NCBI GenBank assembly: GCA_951406725.2
Contig: OX597834.1
Coordinates: 27,528,001-27,592,000 of the forward strand
Origin: Octopus vulgaris
Lineage: Eukaryota
Direction of reading: 5' to 3'
Length of the DNA: 64,000 nucleotides
Shown here one piece after another: positions 1-14,258 of the stretch (positions are counted from its first letter, which is position 1; each line of letters starts with the position of its first letter). Below the pieces are notes generated by a model. It saw only the letters and a list, made by a program, of their open reading frames with translations, was not told where the DNA came from and made no database searches. A program made the translations under genes and the position numbers.

Positions 1-77
1 ATACATATATATATACATATACATATATACACATGTATTTTTATCTATGTATATTTATGCATATGCATACGTATATG

Positions 78-108
<31 letters not shown>

Positions 109-139
109 ATATATATATGTGTGTGTATATATATATATG

Positions 140-170
<31 letters not shown>

Positions 171-242
171 ATGTAAATGTTTGTATGCATATATGTATCT
201 ATGTGCATCTTTATATGTATGTACTTATATATAACATGTATG

Positions 243-317
<75 letters not shown>

Positions 318-436
318 TCTGTGTATAAACGATATATATATGTATAAAAGATATATATATATACACACACATACATACATAAATAATACATATATGTATA
401 TATATATATATATATATATACACATACATACATACA

Positions 437-471
<35 letters not shown>

Positions 472-482
472 GTATATATACA
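1..482. repeat. Compound (TA)n/(TG)n/(CATA)n microsatellite
   Basis: Direct reading; source of the YI/CV/HT ORFs. Confidence 0.95.
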
Positions 483-1354
483 CATGATGTTGGTACTGGA
501 TCTGCGTCGTGCGACGATGAGGATACTCTTGTGTGATCAGCTGACCTGCTCCTAAATTAATGTGCTTGTTTGTAATACAAGTGCAATCCGCTCGGAAGGC
601 TTGTCTACAGTTTCTGTCCACCTAATTTCACTCACAGTATATGGGTTGAGTAGAGTTCATAGAAAATGACATTTACCCAAGATGCCACGTTGTGGGATTT
701 TGTACAAAGATTACGCACATAAGCAAGGAAATTTTAACAGGGCTGCCTGTATATTAAAGAGCGGGGCCGATCTTGTAGAAGTTGCACGATATGTATCTTT
801 GTTTCTAAAGAAAGTGCATTTTCCATCGCCTGTACAATTTCTTAGGAAGTCCCACAGAAAAAATACAAATGAAATAAAATGCCCGGATAGGTATTATCAA
901 CGGAGTGTATAACTATGAAATCGTCAACAGGGTAAACTTGACGTGTGCAAGATGCGTCGAAATATTTTGATTTCTTCTATGTTATTAAGAAAGAAAAAAA
1001 AGCGGCAAATGTGGGTGAACCGGAAGTGAGATAAGCGCCATATTTCAAAAAAGTTCACGCTGAATATATAGAAAGTATTTAAGGAAAAATTTGGAAAAAA
1101 ATATATAAAAAAGAGTGGATCGAGGACTATATTATTGGGGTATATCAAGAAGTATCGTGGTAGGCTGGTAAGATGGAAGGTAGGTAGGTAGGTAGGTAGG
1201 TAGGTAGGTAGGCCTGTGGGTAGGGAAGGAAAGATGAAAGGCTGTCGGAGTAGCATGTAACTCCTGTTGACAGCAATGACGGACAAATATGTAAACAACG
1301 TTCATATATTTGTCCTGGATGACTTCCCTTGTTGTGTCATTCTCTCGAAATAAT

Positions 1355-1393
<39 letters not shown>

Positions 1394-1713
1394 TGCATAT
1401 GTATTTGTATACATACGCACATATATGCATGCATGTATGCATGTGTGTATGTATCTGTTCTTACGTACAGACATATTCTTGTACGCACGTATAGAGAAAG
1501 AGAAAGATATTGAAATAGATAAAGATATATATATATATATATATATATAGATAGATAGATATATATAGATATACATACATATTCGAAACGTGTACGTGTG
1601 CTTATGGCTATACATTTCTGTGTTTAGAATATTCGTATACATACATACATACATACATACATACATACATACATACATACATTCATTCATACATACATAC
1701 ATACATACATACA

Positions 1714-1747
<34 letters not shown>

Positions 1748-1864
1748 CATACATACATACATACATACATACATACTTATATGCACATGCGCACACACAC
1801 ATATACTCATATATGGGTATGTGCTTGTGTATTCTTACACACATGCCTTCATATGTGTATATAT

Positions 1865-2270
1865 TCTCTTGCTTGTTTCAGTCATTTGACTGCGGCCATG
1901 CTGGAGCACCACCTTTAGTCGATCAAATCGACCCCAGGACTTATTCTTTGTAAGCCGAGTACTTATTCCATCGATCTGTTTTGCCGAACTGGTAAGTAAC
2001 GGGGACGTAAACACACCAACATCGGTAGTCAAGCGATAGTGAGGGACAAACACAAACACACAGACACATACATACATACATACATACATACACACACATA
2101 TATATATATATATATAAGATAAGCTTCTTTCAATTTCCGTCTACCAAATCCACTTACAAGACTTCGGTCGGCCCGAGGCTATAGTAGAAGACAGTTGTCC
2201 AAGTTGTCACGCAGTGGGACTGAACCCGGAACCGTGTGGTTGGAAAGCAAACTTCTTACCACACAGCCAC
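1865..2270 (-). mobile_element. SINE family A (tRNA-derived, CORE-like, internal microsatellite)
   Basis: Reverse complement matches the 48352-48790 copy: GTGGCTGTGTGGTAAG head, GGTTCAGTCCC B-box-like motif, tail GCCGCAGTCAAATGACTGAAACAAG. Confidence 0.9.
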
Positions 2271-2579
2271 ATTGATGGAGTCTCTCGTTGTGAACGACAA
2301 TTGCGGGTTCAGTAAAATATAGCGGTAATCATGTTCTATGGACACGAATGGGATTTTTGTGCCCTGCAGGTGCTTTGCAAAGTTGAGGAATGAGTTTGGT
2401 GGAGTTCTTGAAGATCATTTCTAGTGGAGTCGGACGTAAGTGCTAATATATGATTTATAAAATCATGTGACATTAATATATATCTGTAAATATAAAACTA
2501 TCCAAATTACTGAGTACCTTATTTCTTCTTTATGATACCTGTACATCATCTCCAAACCTTTTAATATATGTATATATAT

Positions 2580-2784
2580 TTCCGTATGTTGACCTCGTGA
2601 AGACCACTTGCATTTTTTCCCTCTGTCCTCCCACCTCGGGATCTTTCTTTCTCCTATGTTTCCGACGAAGAGCTCCGCTCGAAACGTCATACCCTCCTTC
2701 TTCCCTTCTTTCCTGAGCGTCCAATAATACATTATTTGTTCCACATCCTCGCGTTGTTGTCTTTTTGTTTTCTTGTTTGGATTA

Positions 2785-2790
<6 letters not shown>
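2580..2790 (+). mobile_element. Family F short repeat with hammerhead-like motif (Penelope-like pLTR fragment)
   Basis: CCGACGA-A-GAGC-tcc-GCTC-GAAA-CGTC at 2662-2688; homologous to 5706-5925 and 21980-22190; ends at (TA)n. Confidence 0.7.
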
Positions 2791-2862
<72 letters not shown>

Positions 2863-2864
2863 CA

Positions 2865-3097
2865 CGATCAAGGTCGAAAAGTAAACAGAAAAAATGAGAA
2901 ATGGTTATATACTGACCCTTCTGAAGCTCCAAGTGTCATGCATACAAAATTTCCTGCAACTGTCATGATTTTAGGGCTTGTCAGCAATGAAGGACATCTG
3001 ATGCCTACTTTTACGCCTGCATTGAGGTCATGGAAATAATTGTTAAGCCCTAGATAAACATTGTATGCAATGGTAGGCCATATGTGTTTCAGTAAGA
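2865..3097 (+). pseudogene. Tc1/mariner superfamily (maT/DD37D-like) transposase fragment
   Basis: KVNRKNEKWLYTDPSEAPSVMHTKFPATVMILGLVSNEGHLMP, then VKP*INIVCNGRPYVFQ* after a deletion. Confidence 0.8.
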
Positions 3098-3160
3098 AAC
3101 ACATATGCGTGTGCGTGTGTGCGTGTGGGTGCTCGAGTGCATGCGCACGCACATGTATAT

Positions 3161-3368
3161 GGGGCTAAACACAGAGGGGACAAACAAGGACAAAGGATTA
3201 AGTCGATTACATCGACCCCAGTGCGCAACTGGTACTTAATTTATCGACCCCGAAAGGATGAAAGGCAAAGTCGACCTCGGCGGAATTTGAACTCAGAACG
3301 TAACGGCAGACGAAATACAGCTACGCATTTCGCCCGGCGTGCTAACGTTTCTGCCAGCTCGCCGCCTT
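3161..3368 (-). mobile_element. SINE family C
   Basis: Reverse complement GGCGGCGAGCTGGCAGAAACG...GAGTTCAAATTCC...GTCGACTTTGCCTTTCATCCTTTCGGGGTCGATAAA; multiple copies in the window. Confidence 0.9.
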
Positions 3369-3380
3369 TAAATATATATA

Positions 3381-3454
<74 letters not shown>

Positions 3455-3727
3455 CATGTGTGTGTGTATGAGTGTGTGTCTGTGAGTGTGAGTGTATGTC
3501 TGCGTGTGCGTCGGTGTAAGCAGACATCATGTCTAAAGACAGGAATCACATCCCCACCAAAATTCTTGACCACGCCTTCACACTTGACTGCCATAGCCAG
3601 CCATCACAGGTCTTCCCTTACTTTAGGGCCTTCAAGTCCAATGCCACAACACCCAATCATCTACGTTAGATCCTTGTATTTTTATTTTTATTATCAATCG
3701 CATTTTGCTCACAAGTACCTTCACTTC

Positions 3728-4112
3728 GTGGAGGCGTAATGGCTCAGTGGTTAGGGCAGCGAACTCGCGGTCGTATGATCGCGGTTTCGATTCCCAGACC
3801 GAGCATTGTGAGTGTTTATTGAGCGAAAACACCTAAAGCTTCACAAGGCTCCTGCAGGGGGGGGGGGTGAACCCTGCTGTACTCTTTCAACACAACTTTC
3901 TCTCACTCTTTCTTCCTGTTTCTGTTGTACCTGTATTTCAAAGGGCCAGCCTTGTCACTCTCTGTGTCACGCTGAATCTCCCCGAGAACTACGTTAAGGG
4001 TGCACGTGTCTGTGGAGTGCTCAGCCACTTACACATTAATTCCACGAGCAAGCTGTTCCGTTGATCGTATCAGCTGGGACCCTCATCGTCGTAACCGACG
4101 GAGTGCTCCTAC
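3728..4112 (+). mobile_element. SINE family B (tRNA-Arg-like head) with 12-bp TSD
   Basis: TGGCTCAGTGG A-box, CTCGC anticodon-like loop, GTTTCGATTCCC B-box; TSD TACCTTCACTTC at 3716-3727 and 4113-4124. Confidence 0.92.
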
Positions 4113-4344
4113 TACCTTCACTTCAACAATGTGTGTTAACTACTAGCAACATCATCTAACTTGGAGTCAAATGTAAATCGTATAACTTTTGAAGTATGTT
4201 ACGTCACCTGATGATGCGTACTGCACAGTGCGATGCATCTGATGTCATCACATCGTTCTTTACCCACTAGAGAGCAGCGCAGAAGGTAACCGAAACGATT
4301 GTTGTGCTAAATAAAGCTTCTATTTACACTCCATTTCCGTATCT

Positions 4345-4570
4345 ATTTCTTTATTGCCCACAGGGGGCTGAACATAGAGGGGACAAACAAGGACAGACAA
4401 AGGGATTAAGTCAATTACATCGACCTCAGTGCGAAACTGGTACTTATTTAATCGACCCCGAAAGGATGAAAGGCAAAGTCGACCTCGGCGGAATTTGAAC
4501 TCAGACGAAATACGAAATACGGCTACACATTTCGCCCGGCGTGCTAACGTTTCTGCCAGCTCGCCGCCTT
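4345..4570 (-). mobile_element. SINE family C, near full length
   Basis: Homologous to 3161-3368 and 27361-27592. Confidence 0.9.
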
Positions 4571-4789
4571 CGTATCAATCATTTAAAACATACCCCACGT
4601 GCACCCAGGATGTAGATCTAGTGACGAAAGCGCAATAACATGGATGACGCACGGCAGCCATAAGTGGTGAACGTGCTCAGCAGGTAAGTTACCTGGGAAT
4701 TACCCGAAACGAGGTTTGGAGACTGCATTTAACGCCTCCTTTCTAAACTTTAATTTTTTATTTTTAAATTTAGCTTACATATATACACT

Positions 4790-5060
4790 TATGTATGTAT
4801 GTATGTATGTATGTATGTATGTATGTATGTATGTATGTATGTCGGTCTGTCTGTCTATATGTATGTATTTATGTATGTGTGTATGTATGTATGTATGTAT
4901 GTGTGTATGTATGTATGTATGTATGTATGTATGTATGTATGTGTGTATGTATGTATGTATGTATGTATGTATGTATGTATGTATGTATGTATGTGTGTAT
5001 GTGTGTATGTATGTGTGTGTGTCTGTGTGTCTGTGTGTGTATGCTTGTGTCTATGTATGT
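4790..5060. repeat. (TATG)n microsatellite
   Basis: Direct reading. Confidence 0.95.
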
Positions 5061-5179
5061 TTGTATAAAGATTTCTACCTAATGAATCAGTTGTGAATTA
5101 TGCACATTAGCACACAGATATGTATATGCGGATAGTATGTATCTATGTGTGTGTGTGTATATGTGCGTATGTGTGTTTG

Positions 5180-5214
<35 letters not shown>

Positions 5215-5436
5215 GTGTATGTGCATGTGTGGGACCTACGACCTTGAAAGGCCTCCCAGTTTGACATGTACACTACATGACTGTCAGCTAAGAAAATATG
5301 AGCTGAAACATACCAAAATATGACGGATATATAAACTAACACCCACCTACAGACCCACAAATATTTCTACTAGCGCCCTCTCCTGTTGTTGCTTTTGCTT
5401 TGGGTACATTTATAAACATTCTTATATTCATATATA

Positions 5437-5474
<38 letters not shown>

Positions 5475-5482
5475 ACAATATA

Positions 5483-5603
<121 letters not shown>

Positions 5604-5612
5604 CATATATAT

Positions 5613-5705
<93 letters not shown>

Positions 5706-5710
<5 letters not shown>

Positions 5711-5925
5711 TAATCCAAACAAGAAAGCACAAAAAAAAACACAACAACGCGAGGACGTGGGACAAATATAGTATTATTGGACGCTCAGGAAAGAAGGAAA
5801 GAAGGAGGGTGTAACGTTTCGAGCGGAGCTCTTCGTCGGAAACATAGGAGAAGGAAAGATCCAGATAAGGGAAGACAGAGGAAAAAAAAATCGCCAACAG
5901 TTCACACGATGTCACATTTTGATAT
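5706..5925 (-). mobile_element. Family F hammerhead-motif repeat
   Basis: Inverted copy of 2580-2790; motif at 5813-5839; same GGATTAACTT-(TA)n junction. Confidence 0.7.
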
Positions 5926-5942
5926 ATGTATGTATACATACA

Positions 5943-6001
<59 letters not shown>

Positions 6002-6084
6002 TCACACACATATGCATATATAGATTTATGTATATTTGTGATATATTACTATGTATGTGTATATATATGTGTGTGTATGTGTGT

Positions 6085-6127
<43 letters not shown>

Positions 6128-6150
6128 GAGAGAGAGAGAGAGAGAGAGTT

Positions 6151-6370
6151 AGAGGGATCCAATGGTTACAAATAAATTTATATTCCGAAAGTATACTAAT
6201 GTAAACCTTATTGTTCTCCGAAAACCCTGACGATTTCCCTCATAAGGTATTTAAGATGCAAAAATATTTTTAAAACGCTTTGCAATTTTAATCTGATTTG
6301 AGAAATGAAAGAATTGTTGGTTAATATGTTGATTAATTAATTAATTAATTTGTAACCATTAGATCTCTCT
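6151..6370. repeat. 220-bp segment bounded by ~28-bp inverted repeats
   Basis: AGAGGGATCCAATGGTTACAAATAAATT (6151-6178) pairs with AATTAATTTGTAACCATTAGATCTCTCT (6343-6370). Confidence 0.65.
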
Positions 6371-6528
6371 GTTTTCTAACTCAATGACAATGTCTGATAC
6401 CTTACAATATACCATATAATATATTCATTAAAGGATTTTTTCTTCAAAATTTAATATATTAAACTAGTGTATCTTGGATTAATATCCCTATAAGAGGTTT
6501 GAATATCCTCAGTGTGACTATATATATA

Positions 6529-6840
6529 ACGGGAAGCTTTAGGAAAATAAAAAAAAAAGACGAAGGCAGGTGGAGTACAAACAAACAATTGTATTAGTAT
6601 GGCGCTCAGGAATATAAATAAAACAAGTCTTTTACGTTTCGAGCCTACGCTCTTCAACAGAAAGATACACAGAAAAGAAACACGGAGAGAAACAAGGAGA
6701 GAAAAAAAATGCGTGCGGAAGCTAGCGATTCAATGGCGATCTGATTCTGGCCAGAAGTCAGAGATCAAACGTGAGACGCAAGAGCGAAAATAGGGGAGAT
6801 AACAGGGTCAAATGACTTCGCCCCAACATAAGGGTGCGTG
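6529..6840 (-). mobile_element. Family G hammerhead-motif repeat
   Basis: Minus strand TCTTT-CTGTTGA-A-GAGC-gtag-GCTC-GAAA-CGTA-AAAGA at 6628-6665; homologous to 24148-24260 and 39525-39712. Confidence 0.7.
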
Positions 6841-6874
6841 TGTGTATGAGAGAGTATGTGGTGCGTATGAAAGG

Positions 6875-6907
<33 letters not shown>

Positions 6908-6908
<1 letters not shown>

Positions 6909-7247
6909 GAGCAAAACGATCCCCGTCCAATGGACGGTGCTGAGTTGTCAAACATTTAAACCAAATTTTCACAAAACAACTTGTCCGACAGTCCCATAGG
7001 CCTCCCCTTTGGGAAACACTGATTTAACCTAAATTTCAGACACCGACTTTTTTTCTATTTCAAAGAAAAACGATTTTATTCACTTTATCGATCGCATTCT
7101 CACCTGGAATCGATTTTTGTAATTTTTTCAAGACTTATGCACGTCGGTATCTACATATCAAATTTGAGCACAATCGGATGAAGGATGCCCGAGATCCTAG
7201 AAGACATACAGACAGACAGACAGACAGAACGGATTTTATATAATAGA
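6908..7247 (-). mobile_element. Non-autonomous Helitron, family 2
   Basis: Minus strand A|TCTATTATATAAAA...(CTGT)n 5' end; hairpin CCGTCCA-T-TGGACGG (6923-6937) followed by CTCG|T, a CTAG variant. Confidence 0.7.
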
Positions 7248-7384
7248 TATATACACTTTGTTTTTGTATCTGGTTTACAAGATTCTATATATGAATTTGT
7301 GTATTTTGTTGGATCTGGGGAGGGTCATATTGTCTTAATACCTTATTATATAACACGCTCGTTGGTTAAATTTCCACTCATTTA

Positions 7385-7510
<126 letters not shown>

Positions 7511-7714
7511 ATGAAAAGGGACACTATACAAATATTCTTTTAAAAAGACTTTTCTTTAAATTTTTCTAAATTTAATCATTTAATTGTTACAGTTGAAAAG
7601 GTCTCAAATGGCCGAAACCGGTACTGAAATATTCTTTATAAAATTATTTTAGCATTTTCTATCTTGACTTGTTTTTTCATATATATATATATATGACTAG
7701 TTTAGCGAGTCGTG

Positions 7715-8150
7715 TCCTGTCTTGCCTTCGAAACACGCTGGAGCCGAAGTAGTGACAGCTGATGATAGGGGATTTTTCCTTGCGTAGTATGTCCTGTACT
7801 TGTTTTTTCTGTTGTAAAAAATGGTTTTTCCGTTTTCGTTTCTCGTTGAGTTCTACGTCTCTGTTTTTCTGTTGTAAAAAATGGTTTTTCCGTTTTCGTT
7901 TCTCGTTGAGTTCTACGTCTCTGTTTTTCTGTTGTAAAAAAATGGTTTTTCCGTTTTCGTTTCTCGTTGAGTTCTACGTCTCTGTTTTTCTGTTGTAAAA
8001 AAATGGTTTTTCCGTTTTCGTTTTTCGTTTCTCATTGAGTTCTACGTCCAGTTGTGGTGTCCTGTACTCACGTGTATATATATTTATATGTACATGTAGA
8101 TGTAGGTACGTACATATATGTTTGTATGTATGCATATATTTTATTTATTA

Positions 8151-8152
<2 letters not shown>
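7715..8152 (+). mobile_element. Family H repeat (pLTR-like) with internal 60-bp tandem expansion
   Basis: Homologous to the reverse complement of 60345-60606; about four copies of a 60-bp unit at 7801-8048. Confidence 0.7.
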
Positions 8153-8181
<29 letters not shown>

Positions 8182-8555
8182 CCAGGCAATATATTGTCAT
8201 ATATTGTATGTTAAAACAGGTTTGAAATAAATATACTTCGCTGTAAATATCTGACTGTAAGTACGTATACATTATATTATCTCCAAATCTCCGTCCTTTT
8301 GTTCCTCTCCCAATATCTCTCTAACTCTTTGACAAACACACATAAACATATACATATTCTATAGCGTATACACACACACATACAAACATAAACACAAACA
8401 CACATGCGCACACACATATATACATATGTACCTATCTATACACTTATCTATACATATACATATAAGCCCATATTTTAACGCCTAATTTTGTAGATACACT
8501 CACAATTATATATGCATACACATATTCTCTCACACACACACACACACACATATAT

Positions 8556-8676
<121 letters not shown>

Positions 8677-8852
8677 GCAGTTTATTACACACATATACAC
8701 GCGCACACACACACTCATATACACTCACACATACATATATAAGCTAAATATAAACAAACATTCACGTAGGCAAGTTTATTTGTCTTTTGATTTGTGTATA
8801 TAACTTTACTTGCCTGATAAAATCATTCATAAACACACTAACGCGCATGTAT

Positions 8853-8925
<73 letters not shown>

Positions 8926-9473
8926 TATGTGTCCATATATGTCTATATAAATCTCTGTGTGTATACACACTTACACACTCATATACACACACACTCATAT
9001 ATATATATATATATATATATATACACGTTTACTTATATATAGCATACACCTGAGGAAACTAAATGGCGCTAAAACGAAGAACGTTCGAATGGGAAAGAAA
9101 TAAGAACCACATGTAACAATAGACTGCTGTGGTTCTCACCATTTTCTATTCCCTTCTTTTGGACCCCCCACTGGAAATATAGATAAACTATAAGCACAGG
9201 CATGGCTATGTGGTTTCGAAGCCTGCTTCGTAACCATGTTGTTTCGGGTTCAATGTTACTGCGTAGCACCTTACGCAGCCGTCATCTCTCGTGGCCACCG
9301 GCGTAACCAATGTTTTGTAAGAGGGTTTAGTGGACGGAAAGATGCATACAGGCCTGCTTTATTTGTGTTTGTTTGTAGCATGCGCTCGTGTCTGAGACTG
9401 CGTGTGTATGTGTATGAGAGTGAGTGTGTCTGTGTGTATGAGAGTGCGTGTGTGTGTATATGAGAGTTCATGC

Positions 9474-9504
<31 letters not shown>

Positions 9505-9581
9505 CTTGTGTGTGTATCTGTGCATATTTATAGGTATCTATAGGTATATTTATATACATATATATATATAGGTGTATATAT

Positions 9582-9995
9582 AGGAGTGGCTGTGTGGTAA
9601 GTAGCTTGTTTACCAACCACATGGTTCCAGGTTCAGTCCCACTGCGTGGCACCTTGGCCAAGTGTCTTCTACTATAACCTCGGGCCGACCAAAGCCTTGT
9701 GAGTGGATTTGGTAGACGGAAACTGAAAGAAGCCCGTCGTATATATGTATATATATATATATATATGTGCGTGTGTGTGTTTGTGTGTGTGTGTTTGTCC
9801 CCCTAGCATTGCTTGACAACCGATGCTGGTGTGTTTATGTCCCCGTTACTTAGCGGTTCGGCAAAAGAGACCGATAGAATAAGTCCTGGGCTTACAAAAG
9901 AATAAGTCCCGGGGTCGAGTTGCTCGATTAAAGGCGGTGCTCCAGCATGGCCGCAGTCAAATGACTGAAACAAGTAAAAGAGTAAAAGAGAAAGA
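9582..9995 (+). mobile_element. SINE family A
   Basis: Near full length with AAAAGAGT-type tail; an older degenerate head lies at about 9196-9355. Confidence 0.92.
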
Positions 9996-10214
9996 GAGAG
10001 AGTATATATATGGTTAGGGCAGAGGACTCGCGGTCGTAGGATCGTAGTTTCGAGTGTTTATTGAGCGAAAACACCTAAAAGCTCAGGAGAGCGTTTGAAA
10101 AACTAACTGAATGTAGAACCGAGAGCTAGGAAACTTATGACTAAAGAAGTTGAGGAAATGTTCTTTATTTTTGCCGGATACAGATAGTAACGGCAATATT
10201 AAATGTTTAAAGAT

Positions 10215-10590
10215 AAGACGGCAATCTGCCAAAATCGTTAGCACGCCGGGTAAAATGCTTGTCAGCAGTTCGTCTGTCTGCGATCTGAGTTCAAATCCTA
10301 CTGACTTTGGCTTTTATCCTTTCGGGGTCGATAAAATAAGTACTAGTTGATCACAGTAGTCTATGTAGTCGAGTTCTTCCCTCCCTCAAAGGCGGACGAT
10401 CTGGCAAAATCGTTACGCGTTGGGCGGAGTGCTTAGCAGCATTTGCGTTCTGAGTTCGAATTCTGCTGAAGTCGACTCTACCTTTCATCCTTTCGAGGCT
10501 CGATAAAATAAGTACCAGTTGAGCAATGAAGGCGATGTAATCGATTTAACCCCCTCCTCCGAAATTGCTGGCCTTGTGCCAAAATTTGCA
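10215..10590 (+). mobile_element. Two old, diverged family C-like SINEs in tandem
   Basis: Two sets of GAGTTC(A/G)AAT...ATCCTTTCG.GG.TCGATAAAATAAGTAC. Confidence 0.7.
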
Positions 10591-11049
10591 TGGTAAATTA
10601 GATCTTTACGGTGGGAGAGACTATATACTAGATATTGCGGAGTAGAGTGTACGGGAAGGATAGAAGAGTACAAGGTGAGTGAGAGCGCGACTCGGTTTGG
10701 AGACGTGTGTATGAGATTAGAAGAACTGTTGTACCCAGGAATGATGGCCTGGATCTTCCGGGGTGCAGCTCTCACAACCGATCGATTCTACCCTCCATGA
10801 AAGAATTGTGACATTCCTTTAGTTATGGAGGTGATGCGTAAGTATGTACGTTTTACGTATGTATAATTGTATGGGTGGACGAATGTGTGTATGTATATTA
10901 GCTTATATGTAGATAATTATGTATACACGTGTATATACATACACACTCACAGCTGCTCACACAGAGATGCAAACATGTAGATATGAATATGACAATGTTG
11001 TGTATACATACATATAAATGTGATATATATTTATATATATATATATATA

Positions 11050-11087
<38 letters not shown>

Positions 11088-11772
11088 AAGATAGATAGAT
11101 GAATAGATAGACAGATAGATAGATATATAGATAGGTAGATAGGTAGATAGATACATGCATTTATAAGTGCATGTATGTATATGTATAAACATGAATGCAC
11201 ATATATATTTGCATATTATATACACACATGCTCACACGCTTATGGATATATACATACATATATATGTATATATATATGTATATATATATATATATATATA
11301 TACATATACACATATATATATATTATACAGATGTGTGAGTACAACAAACAGAGAGTGCGAGATGGAGAGTGAGAGAGAAAACGAAAGAGAGAGAGAGAAG
11401 ATGTGTGTGTATGTGTGCGCACGATAAAGAGTACCAGTACTAGTGCTAGGGGCCACGTTACATAAGTACTTTAGGACTGGAGATATATACTTCCTCCTCA
11501 TAATCTTGCAAAATCGTTCGTGTTCCCTCCCAATATTAATATCCATCGGATAAAAGTGATATATCACGATTATCAAATTAACAGAAATGCTTCCTGTTTC
11601 ACCGGAAGCTATGGAGTAGAACAATGTCAGTCTATTGCATGCAGACGCGCATAAACACTTTCGCACACACATACATACAAACGTGTATAAGCACACACAC
11701 ACACACACACGCATAAAGACACACACTCACGCACACGCACACACACATATATATATATACATATACACACAC

Positions 11773-11809
<37 letters not shown>

Positions 11810-11985
11810 CATACATATATATATATATATATATACACACACACCACAGCTTATATGTATATGAAAAATTATTTTTAAGTATATGTTGTTATATATGTAT
11901 ATATATATATATACATATACATATGTGTGTGTGTGTGTGTAGATATACACATGCATATTAAGAGGGATGGATGGATATATAAGCG

Positions 11986-12095
<110 letters not shown>

Positions 12096-12324
12096 CATAT
12101 TTGTGTGTGTGTGTGTGTGTGTGTGTATCTGTGTCTGTGTGCGTGCGTGTATGTGTTTGTACATAGATACATTTAGACAAAAGCAAGCACAGGCGCATCT
12201 GCATCCAACCTTCTAATTACTGGTGTCAACATGCAAACATATGCAAACATGTGCACAATAAATGCACCCTTCTGTGTACGCCTGCCTATATACACAAACG
12301 TACATCCATACACACATGCAACGC

Positions 12325-12357
<33 letters not shown>

Positions 12358-12358
12358 T

Positions 12359-12414
<56 letters not shown>

Positions 12415-12579
12415 GGCAGGCAGGCAGGCAGAAAGACATACAGACAGACAGACAGACAGACAAATAAACAGACTGGAAAAGAATCACACGTATTTATACA
12501 TAGAACGAGAGTCAGATCCGACTGGAGTAAACAAAACACAGACAACACGCAAACCCACACAAACAAGAATGCAGACAAC

Positions 12580-13126
12580 ACGCATACATACATACATACA
12601 TACATACATACATACATGCATACACGCACACATGCATACACACATACACGCATACATACAATCATACATACATGCATACATACATACATACATACATACA
12701 TACATACATACATACATACATACATACATACATACATACATACATACATACATACATACACACATACATGCATACATACATACACGCATACATACATACA
12801 TACATACATACATACATACATACATACATACATACATACATGCACACATACATACATACATACATACATACATACATACATACATACATACATACATACA
12901 TACATACATGCATACATACATACATACATACATACATACATACATACATACATACATACATACATACATACATACATACATACATACATACACGCATACA
13001 TACAATCATACATACATGCATACATACACGCATACATACAATCATACATACACGCATACATACATACATACACGCACCCATGCATACATACATACATACA
13101 CGGATACATGCATACATACATACACG

Positions 13127-13157
<31 letters not shown>

Positions 13158-13317
13158 GCATACATACACGCATACATACATACATACATACATGCATACA
13201 TACATATATACACGCACACTTGCATACATACATACATACCCGCATACATACATACATACATACATACATACACACACATACAAACACATACATACATACA
13301 TACATACATGCATGCAA

Positions 13318-13350
<33 letters not shown>

Positions 13351-13533
13351 CATACATACATACATATATACATACATACATACATGCATACATACATACA
13401 TACATACATACATACATACATACATACACGTACACGATACATACACGCACACTTGCATACATACAGCATACATACATACATACAATCACACACATACAAA
13501 CACATACATACATACATACATACATGCATGCAA

Positions 13534-13566
<33 letters not shown>

Positions 13567-13630
13567 CATACATACATATATACATACATACATACATACA
13601 TACATACATGCTTACATGCATACATACATG
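12580..13630. repeat. ~1 kb (CATA)n microsatellite with variant units
   Basis: Direct reading; explains the 350-470 aa MYVC/HTYI ORFs. Confidence 0.95.
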
Positions 13631-13674
13631 CCACACGTCAGATATCGAAGTGGTCACACAGAACCTACTGAGAT

Positions 13675-13750
13675 GGAGCGTCCATGAATCGAAACCACCA
13701 TCTCGCGATCGTGAGTCCCACACCCAGTCCACTAGGCCGCGTGCCTTCAT
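13675..13750 (-). mobile_element. tRNA-like SINE head fragment (family D-like)
   Basis: Minus strand GAAGGCACGCGGCCTAGTGG...CTCACGATC...GGTTTCGATTC. Confidence 0.6.
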
Positions 13751-14258
13751 ACATATACACATAAACACATACATATACACATACATAAACACACACATGT
13801 CTAGAGACATACTCACAAGAAAAAACACAGAAGAAAGAGAAGCTGTTATGCAGTAACTGTGTCTGTTAGAAATAGCAGGTGTAAATTATACCCTACCTAC
13901 CAAGTATAAACAATGAAGAATACAGTATCAAGAAAGTGTTTTCCGCGTTTATTGAAGGCTGTGATCTGAAGGAAATTAAGTTACTATTTCTGATAAATCA
14001 ATCAACATTTTAAATGCTTTGCCTTTTTTTTTTTTTGCTTTGTGTTGGCCATTATCAGTTGAATTCGATCCCGTCACTCCTCTCTTTTGGATTGAATTGC
14101 AGATGAATGTATGGAATCGTTTGAGCATTGACCCACTTGACCACAGAAATTCGATTCTGCTGATGGGTCCTTACGAACCTGTAACTTCTTGGTTGCCTTA
14201 TTTGCTTTGGCCAGATACATTCTGAAATTAATTTATCTTTCCTTTTTATTTGTTTCAT

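Noticed and set aside
760-960. Minus-strand FFLWDFLRN, a possible Tc1 remnant
   Set aside because: Too short and degenerate to support
3728-3805. tRNA-Arg gene (also at 34780-34857 and 41900-41979)
   Set aside because: SINE heads continuous with SINE bodies, with TSDs in two of the three; no proper acceptor stem
12213-13856. ORFs of 350-473 aa
   Set aside because: Translations of (CATA)n, open in several frames on both strands
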